Sequence record: SRR20825019_163 | DNA: 55,391 nt | Strand: one strand, 5' to 3' | Part shown: piece by piece, positions 46,154 to 55,391 of the stretch | How the letters are laid out: each line of letters opens with the position of its first letter | Numbering within the stretch: the stretch's first letter is position 1 | The notes under the pieces: generated by a model | What the model was told of the DNA's origin: nothing | Databases searched by the model: none | Seen by the model: only the letters and a program-made list of their open reading frames with translations | Translations under genes and position numbers: made by a program

Positions 46154-46960
46154 CTAAGGGTTTTGGGGAACACCCTTCAGGATCGGCAAAACTTCATCAA
46201 GGAGCGCCGGGTCGCCAACAGCGAGCAACCGCCCGCAGTCACCCGGTGCGCCACCTTCCCAATTGGTGGCGCTGCCGCCTGCACCGCGCAGGACAGGGAT
46301 AAGCGCCATCATATCATAGGGCTTGAGGCCGGATTCGATCACCAGGTCCATATGCCCGGCAGACACAACCGCATAAGCATAACAGTCAAGCCCGTAGCGG
46401 TTCAGCTTTGACCGCTTGAGGATTTCATCAAACGCCGGGCGCTCATGGTTTTGGAAAAGCGCACTGTCTGTGGTTGAGATTGTCGCTTCATCAAGGCTTT
46501 TGCACGAGCGTGTGGTGATAGGCTCACCATTGAGGCTCGCACCACCTGGCCAGCCAAGGTAACGTTCACGAATATAAGGTTGGTCGATCACACCGATGAT
46601 AGGCACACCGTTATGCCTGAGGCCGATAAGCGTACCCCATGAGGGCAAGCCGGAGATGAAAGCGCGGGTGCCGTCCACCGGGTCCAGCACCCATTCAAAC
46701 GGGCCGTCGGTTTTCTTGATGCCGAACTCTTCGCCAAAAATGCCGTGGTCCGGGTAGTGGGCTTCAATCAGCGCGCGGATGGCTTCCTCCGCCCCTTGAT
46801 CAGCTTTGGTGACAGGGTCGAAGCCTGCACCTTTGTCCTTGTCGGTCACCGGAATGGTTTTCTTGAAATATTTCAGGGTGACCGCTGCTGCGGCATCGGC
46901 AAGCTCGCAGGCGAAAGCTTTTAAGGTTTCGATTTCCTGTGGGCTGATGGATGATGTCAC
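46154..46960 (-). CDS. hisN: Histidinol-phosphatase, inositol monophosphatase family
   Basis: FDPVTKAD, GEEFG, WVLDPVDGTRAF, DCYAY, LKPYD. GTG start at 46960 after AGGGGA. Confidence 0.88.
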   Translation of the reverse strand: MTSSISPQEIETLKAFACELADAAAAVTLKYFKKTIPVTDKDKGAGFDPVTKADQGAEEAIRALIEAHYPDHGIFGEEFGIKKTDGPFEWVLDPVDGTRAFISGLPSWGTLIGLRHNGVPIIGVIDQPYIRERYLGWPGGASLNGEPITTRSCKSLDEATISTTDSALFQNHERPAFDEILKRSKLNRYGLDCYAYAVVSAGHMDLVIESGLKPYDMMALIPVLRGAGGSATNWEGGAPGDCGRLLAVGDPALLDEVLPILKGVPQNP

Positions 46961-47100
46961 GGCTTGTCCCCTTGAAGCGTCTGGCATTTGATGCGTTTAG
47001 AAATTGTTTTCTGTGCGCGCAATGATTTTACCGACCGGTGCCTTGCCATTGCGCTCACTTTAGATCACATATTGCGCAAGCATGAGCAACGGGAACTGTG

Positions 47101-48240
47101 ATGACCGAGACGGATTTTTTGATCATTGGGGCTGGAATAGCGGGGGCCGGTATCGCCTACCGGCTGGCCCCGCATGGTCGTGTGCTCATGATGGATATGG
47201 AAGAGCAGGCCGGATACCACACCACGGGCCGCTCCGCCGCCTTTTATGCGGAAACCTATGGCGGGCCGAAGTTGCAGCCGCTCACCACAGCGTCAAAAGC
47301 GTTTTTGCGTCGGCCGCCGGAAGGTTTCACGGACACCCCCCTCATTAATCCCATGGGGGCGATTCATATTTTCCGGGAAGACCAGCGCGCGGCAGCGGAG
47401 CAAACTTTCAAAAGCCTTGTGGCCATTGAGGGTGTGCGCCTGATCACCCGCGCGGAAGTGCTGAGGCGCGCGCCCTATCTGGACGGCACCGCCATCGCAG
47501 GCGGCATCTGGGACCCGGACTGCGGCAACCTGGACGTAGCCGCGCTGCACCAAGGCTACCTGCGCGCCGCCAAAAAAGCAGGCGCTGACATTACCCTAGG
47601 TGGCAGGCTTGAAGCCGCCGCCTATGACGGCCAGCGCTGGCATGTGAAAACCAGTACGGGCCAGATCAAGGCAAAATATCTGGTGAACTCAGCAGGCGCA
47701 TGGGCTGATGAAGTGGCACGGCGCGCAGGCGTGCACCCGCTCTCACTTGAGCCGCTCAGGCGGACGATCATCACCATCCCTGCACCTGAAGGGCGGCCAT
47801 TTGACAAGCATGGCCCGTTGATTGTGGATGCGGATGAGGATTTCTATTTCAAGCCGGAGGGGGAGGGTTATCTCATCTCCCCGGCGGATGAGAGCCTGAG
47901 CGTGCCGTGTGATGCACAGCCCGAGATGGAAGACGTTGCCATGGCCGCGAGCTATTTTGAGGGTGCGACCGCAAGCACGGTTTCGCGCATTGAGGCCAAA
48001 TGGGCGGGCTTGCGCACCTTCGCGCGCGACAAGGCCCCGGTTGTGGGCTTCGCGCACGATAACCCGGCGTTTTTCTGGAACGCAGGGCAAGGCGGGTACG
48101 GTATCCAGACCTCGCCTGCATGGTCAGACATGGCGGCGCACCTGCTGCTGGGGGGCGCGCTGCCCGCTTACCTCACCCGTGTGGGGGTGCAGGCTTCTGT
48201 CTACACGCCCGCGCGGTTTGGTAAACTGGCGGCAGAATAG
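47101..48240 (+). CDS. FAD-dependent oxidoreductase (D-amino acid/D-arginine dehydrogenase-like)
   Basis: IIGAGIAG, GYHTTGRSAA, WAGLRTF, GQGGYGIQTSP. Confidence 0.9.
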   Translation: MTETDFLIIGAGIAGAGIAYRLAPHGRVLMMDMEEQAGYHTTGRSAAFYAETYGGPKLQPLTTASKAFLRRPPEGFTDTPLINPMGAIHIFREDQRAAAEQTFKSLVAIEGVRLITRAEVLRRAPYLDGTAIAGGIWDPDCGNLDVAALHQGYLRAAKKAGADITLGGRLEAAAYDGQRWHVKTSTGQIKAKYLVNSAGAWADEVARRAGVHPLSLEPLRRTIITIPAPEGRPFDKHGPLIVDADEDFYFKPEGEGYLISPADESLSVPCDAQPEMEDVAMAASYFEGATASTVSRIEAKWAGLRTFARDKAPVVGFAHDNPAFFWNAGQGGYGIQTSPAWSDMAAHLLLGGALPAYLTRVGVQASVYTPARFGKLAAE

Positions 48241-48252
48241 GCGGCCTGCCTG

Positions 48253-48498
48253 TTACCGGTGCCGCCTGCGCCGGGTTTCCCCAAACACATAAACAAGGAT
48301 CACGGCGCCCACGACGCCCGCGATAATGTCCCCAATAAGCCCGGTTGGGCCAAGGCCGATCATGCCGAACAGAAACCGCCCGACAATGCCGCCAAAGATA
48401 CCAAGCACAATGTTGCCAATGGCGCCGAAACCTTCCCCGCGCATGATATGCCCGGTGAGGAAGCCCACAAGGGCTCCCAGAATAATTGTACTGATCAT
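48253..48498 (-). CDS. GlsB/YeaQ/YmgE-family stress-response membrane protein
   Basis: Three Gly-rich TM helices, GNIVLGIFGGIVG, VVGAVILV. Confidence 0.9.
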   Translation of the reverse strand: MISTIILGALVGFLTGHIMRGEGFGAIGNIVLGIFGGIVGRFLFGMIGLGPTGLIGDIIAGVVGAVILVYVFGETRRRRHR

Positions 48499-48509
48499 GA
48501 TATTCCCCC

Positions 48510-48716
48510 CTAGTACCTGCTATAGCGGCGGCCGTACTCAAGCTCGCGCCTCAGTTCGTCGTTGCGATACTGGCTGAGCGAATAGATCGCCCAGATAGCT
48601 GCCACAGGCCACCCAATGATGGTGAGCCACAAAAAGGCGTTCATCAGCCCCTGAAAGGGCCGGTTGATGGTAAAGAATACCAGGGGTGGAAAGATAATGG
48701 CCAAGATCAGGCGCAT
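48510..48716 (-). CDS. YqaE/Pmp3-family small membrane protein
   Basis: LAIIFPPL...L.LTIIGWPVAAIWA, AGGAG RBS. Confidence 0.88.
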   Translation of the reverse strand: MRLILAIIFPPLVFFTINRPFQGLMNAFLWLTIIGWPVAAIWAIYSLSQYRNDELRRELEYGRRYSRY

Positions 48717-48771
48717 TTGCTTCTCCTATTTCCTCGCTAAGTCGTCATGTTTATTTGTTTTATAAATATAG

Positions 48772-48800
48772 ATGTGGGAACGCCCGGCCTGCGTTTCAAG
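48772..48800 (-). promoter_or_regulatory. RpoH-like promoter for the yqaE-like/glsB-like pair
   Basis: CTTGAA-N16-CCCACAT on the minus strand. Confidence 0.6.
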
Positions 48801-48917
48801 ATTTTGGCGGAGGATTAGGCATGCGGCATTTTTTTTGTGCGCGAGCGCCAGTCCTTGTGCTAATGACGCAAAGGTAGGTCGCTGTTGAATATTTGGTGAT
48901 GGGGCTAAAGGTCAAAA

Positions 48918-50282
48918 ATGACGAATTTTCTGCGTAAGTTTAAGGTTAACGCGCGCATTTGGGCGCTAACGGTGTTGGCTTTCTTCGGCATGGCGTTGAT
49001 CATGTTTGAATATTCTTCCCTTATTCGTGAATTGCAGGCTGGCAAAGTGAGCGATGCCCAGTTCGCGAGCGACCAGCAATTTGTGTGGGTCCTTACCGGC
49101 GTCATGGTGGTGTTGATCCTCACGCTTTCAGTCTCGATCACCGCCAGCATCATGAAGCCGCTGCGTGTGTTGCAAAACGAGCTGACCGCCCTTTCTGACG
49201 GCAAGTATGACAATGCCATCTCTGACCCTGACCACGGCGACGGTATTGCGGCCATGGCGCGCGCCGCCGAGGTAATGCGCCAGAAGGCGATAGACGCCGC
49301 ACGGCTCAGGCAGGAGGCAGACGACGCCCGCGCCCAGCGTGAAGCGGAAGAACGAGCGCTTGAAGAACAGCAGCGCGCCGAGGAAGTACGCCAGCGCGAG
49401 GAAGAAATCGCCCGCGACCGTGCCATGGTGGAAGAGCGCCGTCAGATGCAGCTGGATATGGCGCAAAGCTTTGAGAATGAAGTCTCCGGCGTGATCCAGA
49501 CCCTTTCAAGTGCGGTGGCGGAATTGCAGATGGCCGCACACACCATGACCGATGCCATTGAGCAGACGTCGCTTGAAGTGAACGCAGCCGCGAGCGCGAC
49601 CGACGCCACCAGCCAGGATATGATCACCGTGGCGGAGGCGGCCGAAGGCCTCACCGGCGCGATTGGCGAAATCAGAACCCAGGTTGAGCAGGCAAACACC
49701 ATCACCACAAACGCGATGACCGTGGCGAAGGATGCAGAAGGCCGGGTTGGTTCGCTCTCGAGCGCGTCTGAGCGTATTGCGGAAGTGATCCACCTGATTA
49801 ACGATATCGCAGAGCAAACCAACCTCTTGGCGCTGAACGCCACCATTGAGGCCGCGCGTGCAGGCGAAGCGGGCAAGGGTTTTGCCGTGGTCGCCAATGA
49901 GGTTAAAAGCCTCGCGAACCAGACGGCGCGCGCCACCAAAGAGATTGAAGAGCAGGTTGGCGCCATGCAAACCGCCACCCGCGATACGGTGGATGCGGTG
50001 AATAAAATTCACAAAACCATCAATCAGGTAAGCGAGATTTCATCCATGATCGCCGCTGCGGTGGTGGAGCAGGAAGCCTCCACGAGCGAGATTGGCCGCA
50101 GCGTGCAGAACGCGAGCCAGGGCACCGCCAACCTTGGCCAGAACGTGGGCCGCGTGCAGGAGATGACGAGCAAAAGCTCAGGCGCCGCGCAGGTGGTGAA
50201 CGACAATTCCGGCGAGCTGACAGAACAGGCCAGTGTGCTTGAAAATGCGGTAAACCGCTTTCTGGAGCGTATGCGCAGCTAA
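48918..50282 (+). CDS. Methyl-accepting chemotaxis protein
   Basis: Two TM helices, a HAMP-like segment, [37 protein letters not shown]. Confidence 0.95.
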   Translation: MTNFLRKFKVNARIWALTVLAFFGMALIMFEYSSLIRELQAGKVSDAQFASDQQFVWVLTGVMVVLILTLSVSITASIMKPLRVLQNELTALSDGKYDNAISDPDHGDGIAAMARAAEVMRQKAIDAARLRQEADDARAQREAEERALEEQQRAEEVRQREEEIARDRAMVEERRQMQLDMAQSFENEVSGVIQTLSSAVAELQMAAHTMTDAIEQTSLEVNAAASATDATSQDMITVAEAAEGLTGAIGEIRTQVEQANTITTNAMTVAKDAEGRVGSLSSASERIAEVIHLINDIAEQTNLLALNATIEAARAGEAGKGFAVVANEVKSLANQTARATKEIEEQVGAMQTATRDTVDAVNKIHKTINQVSEISSMIAAAVVEQEASTSEIGRSVQNASQGTANLGQNVGRVQEMTSKSSGAAQVVNDNSGELTEQASVLENAVNRFLERMRS

Positions 50283-50308
50283 GGTTTGTGCCCTACTGCA
50301 GCCAAAAC

Positions 50309-50347
50309 AAAAAGCCCGCGTTCCATATGGAATTTGCGGGCTTTTTT
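50309..50347. terminator. Bidirectional intrinsic terminator
   Basis: AAAAAGCCCGCG...TGCGGGCTTTTTT between convergent genes. Confidence 0.85.
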
Positions 50348-50372
50348 GTGCGCGGTTTTATCTTACTCAGGC

Positions 50373-50813
50373 TTAATCCGGCGCTTTGAAAGATGCGATG
50401 CGTTCCCTGTACCAGCCGGGGAAACCATAGTCGGATGCCGCCTTGATCAGCCGGTCGATATAAGCACCATCTGCAATGCCGGGCTTCATATTGGTGGAGA
50501 GATACACCATGGCCGGGGCGATCTTGCCGCCGCGGGTGAACACCAGCATGGCTTCCGGGTGGTAGGTGGCGTCTGTCATCGTGCCGAGGGCTTTGCCGTA
50601 AAGTTCATCAAGCTCGGCGTGCGTCATGTTGGCGAGGATACCGTATACAACACCGTCGCCTGCTTCGGTGATGTTGGCGTGGGGCTGCACGGTCAGCTCA
50701 TAGCCATGGATGCAGGCAGGCGCAAACGGGCGCTTCTTCAGTCCCGCTTCTTCCAGCACTTTCAGGTTCATGAAGGACCCGTAGAAAAACACCTGTACCT
50801 TGCGTTCAGCCAC
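50373..50813 (-). CDS. Gamma-glutamylcyclotransferase-family protein
   Basis: FFYGSFMN, VYG, Y..RLI.AA...GFP..Y. Confidence 0.85.
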   Translation of the reverse strand: MAERKVQVFFYGSFMNLKVLEEAGLKKRPFAPACIHGYELTVQPHANITEAGDGVVYGILANMTHAELDELYGKALGTMTDATYHPEAMLVFTRGGKIAPAMVYLSTNMKPGIADGAYIDRLIKAASDYGFPGWYRERIASFKAPD

Positions 50814-51016
50814 GTCTCACCCTCTCGTTGTTCCAGACAGTAGGTAATGAGTGCATGTAAGCTGGCCCCACGTCAATTTTTTTCCCATTTTGTGAGCAGT
50901 GTATGACAATTGCCCACCCCTTCATCCAGTTTGACTACAATGCCGCCATAACGGTTGCGCGAACGCTACCCTTGGCGGCATAGTGTACCCATGACCAATG
51001 CTTTTGGGGACGGGGG

Positions 51017-52666
51017 ATGGCAAGCAGCAATACAGCAGAAACCGAGCATCAGTATATCGACAAGGCGACGGGCAAACCCATCGTGTACGCTGACAATGTG
51101 CCTGAGTTGCTTAGAGGTGATCTAACGCTGACACCCGAAGAAGCAGCGCTTGTGCCAGAGTTGAATGCCATAGCTAAACGCGCACCTCTTAATCTTGCAA
51201 AGAGAGGCGCAAAGGACTGGAACTTGTGGGTTAGGGCCAACCATTCACGTTGGTTGGATAGACGAGAAGAGGGTCTAGAAGTTTTCCTCCGAATTAAGGA
51301 TTCGTCCTTTGGGCTTATTAATACGGGCCGGCACATTGACTTTCGTGTGGGTCAGCCAAAAAATGCTGGTGCCTTACAAATAGCTTTCAGCCTGTCGGGA
51401 TTCGTGTTTCCCACGACTGTGACATTTGAACATGTACATTTCATCCCCACGGGCCAACAACAAGACTATTTTGACACCAAGGGTGTATTTGCACCCTCAA
51501 GCAGTTTTTCAAGTGCCAAGTTCTGTAGCCCAGTATACTTCAAGAGTTGTGTGTTCAGGGGGATCACAGATTTTGAACGAGTAAGTTTTCTTGCGGATGT
51601 TCAGTTTGAGGATATTGAGTTTCGGGGCAATGTTGCTTTTGCGGCTACTCTTTTTTCTGGTCAACTTATGGTGTCTGGGTTGAGAGCTCGGGGACGTGTT
51701 GCAATTGACGGCTGTTCTTTTGGAGACAATATTTCGCTGTTTGATGCGGAGTTCTCTAAAGATCTACAACTGGAGTGGAACTTGTATCTTGGCAGCATTT
51801 CTTTTCAGGATGCAAAATTCAGCAAGGAAGTGTCATTTGCACATAGTCAAGTTCTAGGAAGCACATGTTTAAGTGTGACAGAATTTGAGAGCGTTGTTGA
51901 TTTATCTCGCACGCACTTCGGGCGAAGCACTATCACGCCGGACTTCTTTAAGAATAGAGATTTGGTGGAACGTGTTCCCTTGAGTATGCGGACACGATAC
52001 GAACAAAACTTGGTGCAACCAGATAGTCGTACAGTACCGGATTTTAGAGGAGCAAAGTTCGGTCTCGTACCTAATTTAGGTTCGGCTCATGTCGCTATTC
52101 CAACTTTGGAAAGAGGTCAGTGGTGGCAATGGGGTAAGCATCTTGAAGCCATTTTTTCCACAAAAGGTTATGCTAAAGATGCGGATGCAGCTGCAAAGCT
52201 TCGACGTTTAGGCGAGTTGGCAAACAAGGGCCACCATCATCTGGCTGAGAAGCGTTTCTTTCGTGCTGAGTTGTTGTGCCGCCGGGGGCATGAGGCAAGG
52301 GGGCGTGAGAAGTTGATGATCAACCTGTTCGAGCTTTTCAGTGAGTGTGGCCTCAGTTTCCGTAAACCATTTGGTTGGTGGTTGCTCAGTTTTGGGATGT
52401 TTTTTTTGGTTTACGGGATGGCGTCCGGCATCTTTCAGGCCGGAATAACATGGAAAGAGATACTCCATCTCATCAATTATACATTCTCGAATGCGACACC
52501 GGTTTTGGGGGTGATCAAGATGGGCGATACGGCTGCAATGGCGGCACTGTTTGGCGGTGCACAGGCACCTTGGGTTACGCTGCTCGCCGGGGCACACAAC
52601 CTCATCTCCACAGTCTTTCTGTTCTTCGCACTTCTTGCGATCCGAAATTATTTCAAGCTGGGGTAG
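51017..52666 (+). CDS. Pentapeptide-repeat protein with a C-terminal membrane domain
   Basis: Repeating F-x4-F units (FSSAKF, FKSCVF, FERVSF, FEDIEF, FQDAKF) and a C-terminal GLSFRKP-TM...TM-IRNYF tail. Confidence 0.8.
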   Translation: MASSNTAETEHQYIDKATGKPIVYADNVPELLRGDLTLTPEEAALVPELNAIAKRAPLNLAKRGAKDWNLWVRANHSRWLDRREEGLEVFLRIKDSSFGLINTGRHIDFRVGQPKNAGALQIAFSLSGFVFPTTVTFEHVHFIPTGQQQDYFDTKGVFAPSSSFSSAKFCSPVYFKSCVFRGITDFERVSFLADVQFEDIEFRGNVAFAATLFSGQLMVSGLRARGRVAIDGCSFGDNISLFDAEFSKDLQLEWNLYLGSISFQDAKFSKEVSFAHSQVLGSTCLSVTEFESVVDLSRTHFGRSTITPDFFKNRDLVERVPLSMRTRYEQNLVQPDSRTVPDFRGAKFGLVPNLGSAHVAIPTLERGQWWQWGKHLEAIFSTKGYAKDADAAAKLRRLGELANKGHHHLAEKRFFRAELLCRRGHEARGREKLMINLFELFSECGLSFRKPFGWWLLSFGMFFLVYGMASGIFQAGITWKEILHLINYTFSNATPVLGVIKMGDTAAMAALFGGAQAPWVTLLAGAHNLISTVFLFFALLAIRNYFKLG

Positions 52667-52745
52667 GCGCGTTTGATATAGGCACGGCAAAAGGCAGCGT
52701 GAAGGCTCACGCTGCTCGCATAATCTAAAACCCCATCAGGGTTGT

Positions 52746-52883
52746 TTAGCGGAATTTTTTCCGAAGCTTGGCAAAGAGGCCTTCACCGGGCTGGTAAGCT
52801 TGGTAAGCTTCCATCTCCCGCACCTGACGTGCGTATTCTACTTTGGTGATACCATAGGCCCGTGGCGGTGTTTGCTGTTGCAT
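52746..52883 (-). CDS. Unannotated 45-aa small protein
   Basis: Read manually: MQQQTPPRAYGITKVEYARQVREMEAYQAYQPGEGLFAKLRKKFR*. It has a GAG RBS-like site, an upstream promoter-like CTTGTA-N16-CAATAT and a downstream hairpin. Confidence 0.55.
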   Translation of the reverse strand: MQQQTPPRAYGITKVEYARQVREMEAYQAYQPGEGLFAKLRKKFR

Positions 52884-53068
52884 TTTCTATCTCGCTTTTG
52901 TCGTTGTCGTCCGGCATTGCCGGTTTTTGTTTTGTTTTTTTACCGGTCGTTGCCGGTCTATCTCATATTGTGAGCTTTAGGTGTATTACAAGACTATAAC
53001 ACCTAATTTTTTATAAACCAAATATGGCGCGTGCTGTCATGCGCTGCGCGGTGAAGCGAGTGAGAAAA

Positions 53069-53796
53069 AAGGCGACCCGATTGAAATATCCGGCCTGAGC
53101 CGTCACCAACAGATTTAGTTTGCGTCATTCTGCCGTGCGCCAGTAGTGTTCTAAATACACGTGTGAGCGGCTTAAGCTTGCTGCCTGGCTGATGCGCAAG
53201 CCGCATGTATTTCATAATTTGATGAGGGCTCAATGATTATCAAAACGAAGAGAGGTAAAATACTCCTGTACCTCATAGCGGTGCTTTTGAGCGCGTTGCT
53301 AACCTATTGGTTAATGGGGCAGGAGTTGCCGCGCGACAGCTTGATGCTGAAATCATTTTTCGTAAAAGTAATTTTCTGGCTGCTTATAGGGGTTAGCCTC
53401 CTGCTGGTGGTAAAGTTGCTGCAGGGAAGGCAATATTTAAAGCTCGATGATGAAGGCCTCTTTTATTCAGGTTTCAATAGCGACGTTATTTCATGGTCCG
53501 ATATTGATCTCGTGCGGGAAAGTGCGTTTAGAGGAGGGAGTATGCTTGTAATTCATACCCATCGGGACGCTGAGATCGCTAAAAACATGCCCTACATGGA
53601 AAGGCGAAAACATGAGTTTAATCATAAGCTTGGATATGATGGACTGTTTCTGCCACCGACTTTTGCGAGCGAGGATCAAAAGCTGGCGCTGGAGTTTGCT
53701 CTTGAAAAACTCAAGTCCCAGCTTGTAGCGGATGAGGACCACGAGATTGACGTGAAGTTCAACAATAAAATCTGAGACCTGAAGGCGACCCGATTG
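53069..53796. repeat. 15-bp direct repeat flanking a low-GC gene
   Basis: AAGGCGACCCGATTG at 53069-53083 and at 53782-53796. Confidence 0.75.
53233..53775 (+). CDS. Hypothetical membrane protein, two TM helices plus a bacterial PH-like (STM3941-like) domain
   Basis: Two TM helices, then L.LDDEGL...ISWSDI..V. GAGGG RBS. More AT-rich than its neighbours. Confidence 0.75.
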   Translation: MIIKTKRGKILLYLIAVLLSALLTYWLMGQELPRDSLMLKSFFVKVIFWLLIGVSLLLVVKLLQGRQYLKLDDEGLFYSGFNSDVISWSDIDLVRESAFRGGSMLVIHTHRDAEIAKNMPYMERRKHEFNHKLGYDGLFLPPTFASEDQKLALEFALEKLKSQLVADEDHEIDVKFNNKI

Positions 53797-53809
53797 CGGG
53801 CCGCCTTTT
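53782..53809. terminator. Intrinsic terminator between convergent genes
   Basis: AAGGCGACCCG-ATTG-CGGGCCGCCTTTT. Confidence 0.75.
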
Positions 53810-53836
53810 GCGTGTGCCTGAAGGGCGTTGCCTTCG

Positions 53837-54973
53837 CTATTTGTCCTTGCTCTTTTTGGTTTTCTCGGTGCTATCATCCACCTCCTCGACAGAAACAGTG
53901 GCTTTCTGGCGGGATTTTTTCTTTTGTACTTTGCTTGCATAGGCGATCACGTGGCCGGGAAAGCCCCTGCCGCCCCGGGCAACCGTGCGCTCATAGCCCG
54001 CAATATCTTCACCCAGGTTGACGCCCATGGTGCGGTCCATCGTGATGCCAAGGGAAAGGTCTGCGATATAATAGTCTTGCGTGTCGGCGTAGAGTTCTGT
54101 GGTCTGCCCCGCAAGAGCGGCATAGCCGGGGTTGAGATACTGGTTCAGGTGAGCCCGCAGGTCATGGTCCCAATTCGGGAACAGGGCGGCGTTAATCTCG
54201 TATAGTTCCGCAACATGCAGTTCGCTGCCATCTGCCACCACACCTCGGATCGAGTTAACAAACTCCTTGGCGTTATCAGCCAGCAGGTCATAGACGTTCT
54301 CTGCCGTATAGGCTTCCCGCCGCAGGTTGGGGCTGCTGACATAGCCGTGAAACAGGCCGTACATGACCAAAGGGTCACGCCACTTTGGTATCAAAATCCG
54401 GTGGTGAATGTCGTTCAGGGAAAGCGGCACACCCGCTACGTTCAGGAGTTTCTGGTCAAGCAGGCTGCCGTCCCCATAGAGGGTGTCCTGCAGCCGTTTG
54501 GTTGGGTAGGTCTTCACCAGATGCTCAACAAGCGTGACATTATAGAGGTTTAGCCAATAGGCCAGTTGCTGGTCGCGGGTCAGGGTATCAAAGGCGTACT
54601 TTGTGGGCAGTTTTTCCATACGCTCGCGCACCTTGACAAGAGCCTCAAGGTTCTGGTCGTCAAACGCCTGAAAATACAGCCGGTTGCCTTCCATTGCGGT
54701 TTTGCTTTTGTTGCCCCAGCGGGCACGGGAATTGTCCCACTTGAAGGAGAGGTCGTGGCCACGCCGGTCAGAACGGCCAGCATCAAAGACAGTGGCCTTC
54801 AGGATATAGGACCAATAGGGGAACTCCAGCTCCACGGTTTTCTGTTTCGCGTTTTCACGAAACGGCGCTGGTATGCTGCCTTCGGCTGCAAAAGCACCCG
54901 TAGTGGCAAAACCACCCAGGCACATGACGATGCCAGCGATAAGCTTGGCTACGCGTGACGGATGTTTCATCAT
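53837..54973 (-). CDS. Secreted DUF547-domain protein
   Basis: QLAYWLNLYN, LSLNDI, DPLVMYGL, PNLR, signal peptide. Confidence 0.88.
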   Translation of the reverse strand: MMKHPSRVAKLIAGIVMCLGGFATTGAFAAEGSIPAPFRENAKQKTVELEFPYWSYILKATVFDAGRSDRRGHDLSFKWDNSRARWGNKSKTAMEGNRLYFQAFDDQNLEALVKVRERMEKLPTKYAFDTLTRDQQLAYWLNLYNVTLVEHLVKTYPTKRLQDTLYGDGSLLDQKLLNVAGVPLSLNDIHHRILIPKWRDPLVMYGLFHGYVSSPNLRREAYTAENVYDLLADNAKEFVNSIRGVVADGSELHVAELYEINAALFPNWDHDLRAHLNQYLNPGYAALAGQTTELYADTQDYYIADLSLGITMDRTMGVNLGEDIAGYERTVARGGRGFPGHVIAYASKVQKKKSRQKATVSVEEVDDSTEKTKKSKDK

Positions 54974-55054
54974 TCACTCTCCCAATCTCGTAATTGCTAC
55001 GTTAAGTGGCAGAGTATCGCGTTTTCCGTTTTATATGAACTATTTTTTTATAAC

Positions 55055-55088
55055 AAAAGGCCACCCCGGTATATGCCGGGATGGCCTT
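55055..55088 (-). terminator. Intrinsic terminator of typA
   Basis: AAAAGGCCACCCCGG...CCGGGATGGCCTT. Confidence 0.75.
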
Positions 55089-55125
55089 CTAATAGTTATC
55101 GTTTATCTGGTTTATTATTCTGCTT

Positions 55126-55391
55126 TTATTCTGCGGCTTTAGCAGCGCGCTTGCGCTCGTGCGGCAGAAGGAAGCGTTTACGCAGGCGAATGCTGGTTGG
55201 CGTTACTTCCACCAGCTCGTCGTCATTGATGTAGGCCAGTGCTTCTTCAAGCGGCAGGATTTTCGGCGTGCTCATCTTGATCGCATCATCCTTGCCGCTT
55301 GCGCGCATGTTGGTGAGCTGTTTGGCTTTCTGCACGTTCACGTCAAGGTCGTTGTCGCGGCTGTGTTCGCCAATGATCATGCCTTCATAAA
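55126..55391 (-). CDS. typA: Translational GTPase TypA/BipA, C-terminal part, truncated by the window edge
   Basis: [47 protein letters not shown]. Confidence 0.96.
   Translation of the reverse strand, partial: YEGMIIGEHSRDNDLDVNVQKAKQLTNMRASGKDDAIKMSTPKILPLEEALAYINDDELVEVTPTSIRLRKRFLLPHERKRAAKAAE

Noticed and set aside
52792-52810. TGGTAAGCT tandem duplication
   Set aside because: It is an in-frame 9-nt repeat (AYQ AYQ) inside the small ORF, not a separate element
1-55391. Mobile elements, prophage, tRNA/rRNA or known defence systems
   Set aside because: No transposase, integrase, phage, tRNA or rRNA signatures were found by inspection

Overview
About 55 kb of core-like chromosome from a high-GC alphaproteobacterium. 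The gene content and style suggest a marine Kordiimonas/Sphingomonadales-like organism, but this is inference. The window holds about 58 CDSs. They include housekeeping genes (hisI, folE, hisN, selO, the 3' end of typA), many secreted peptidases and hydrolases plus a POT peptide transporter, a sugar dehydrogenase/cytochrome c/TonB-receptor operon, a MarR/VOC/SRPBCC module with twin palindromic operators, oxyR, and a Caulobacter-type Tad/Cpa pilus locus (flp, cpaA-F, tadB/C, tadE/E/G). No tRNA, rRNA, CRISPR array, transposase or integrase was seen. The most interesting signal is non-coding. oxyR is flanked by two + strand, terminator-ended, multi-hairpin RNA candidates with C-rich anti-Shine-Dalgarno loops (about 31971-32299, divergent from oxyR as oxyS is in E. 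coli, and about 29884-29987). Their promoters align without gaps (23/46 nt) and fit the OxyR four-tetramer site abutting the -35, which suggests an undescribed OxyR-controlled two-sRNA module. Other items are two further sRNA candidates, an unannotated 45-aa ORF with a structured A/C-rich leader, an apparent duplication of the CpaF N-terminal helical domain, a TonB-receptor signal peptide encoded inside a cytochrome c gene, a low-GC gene flanked by a 15-bp direct repeat of a terminator arm, and repeated tandem duplications of gene stop-codon regions.
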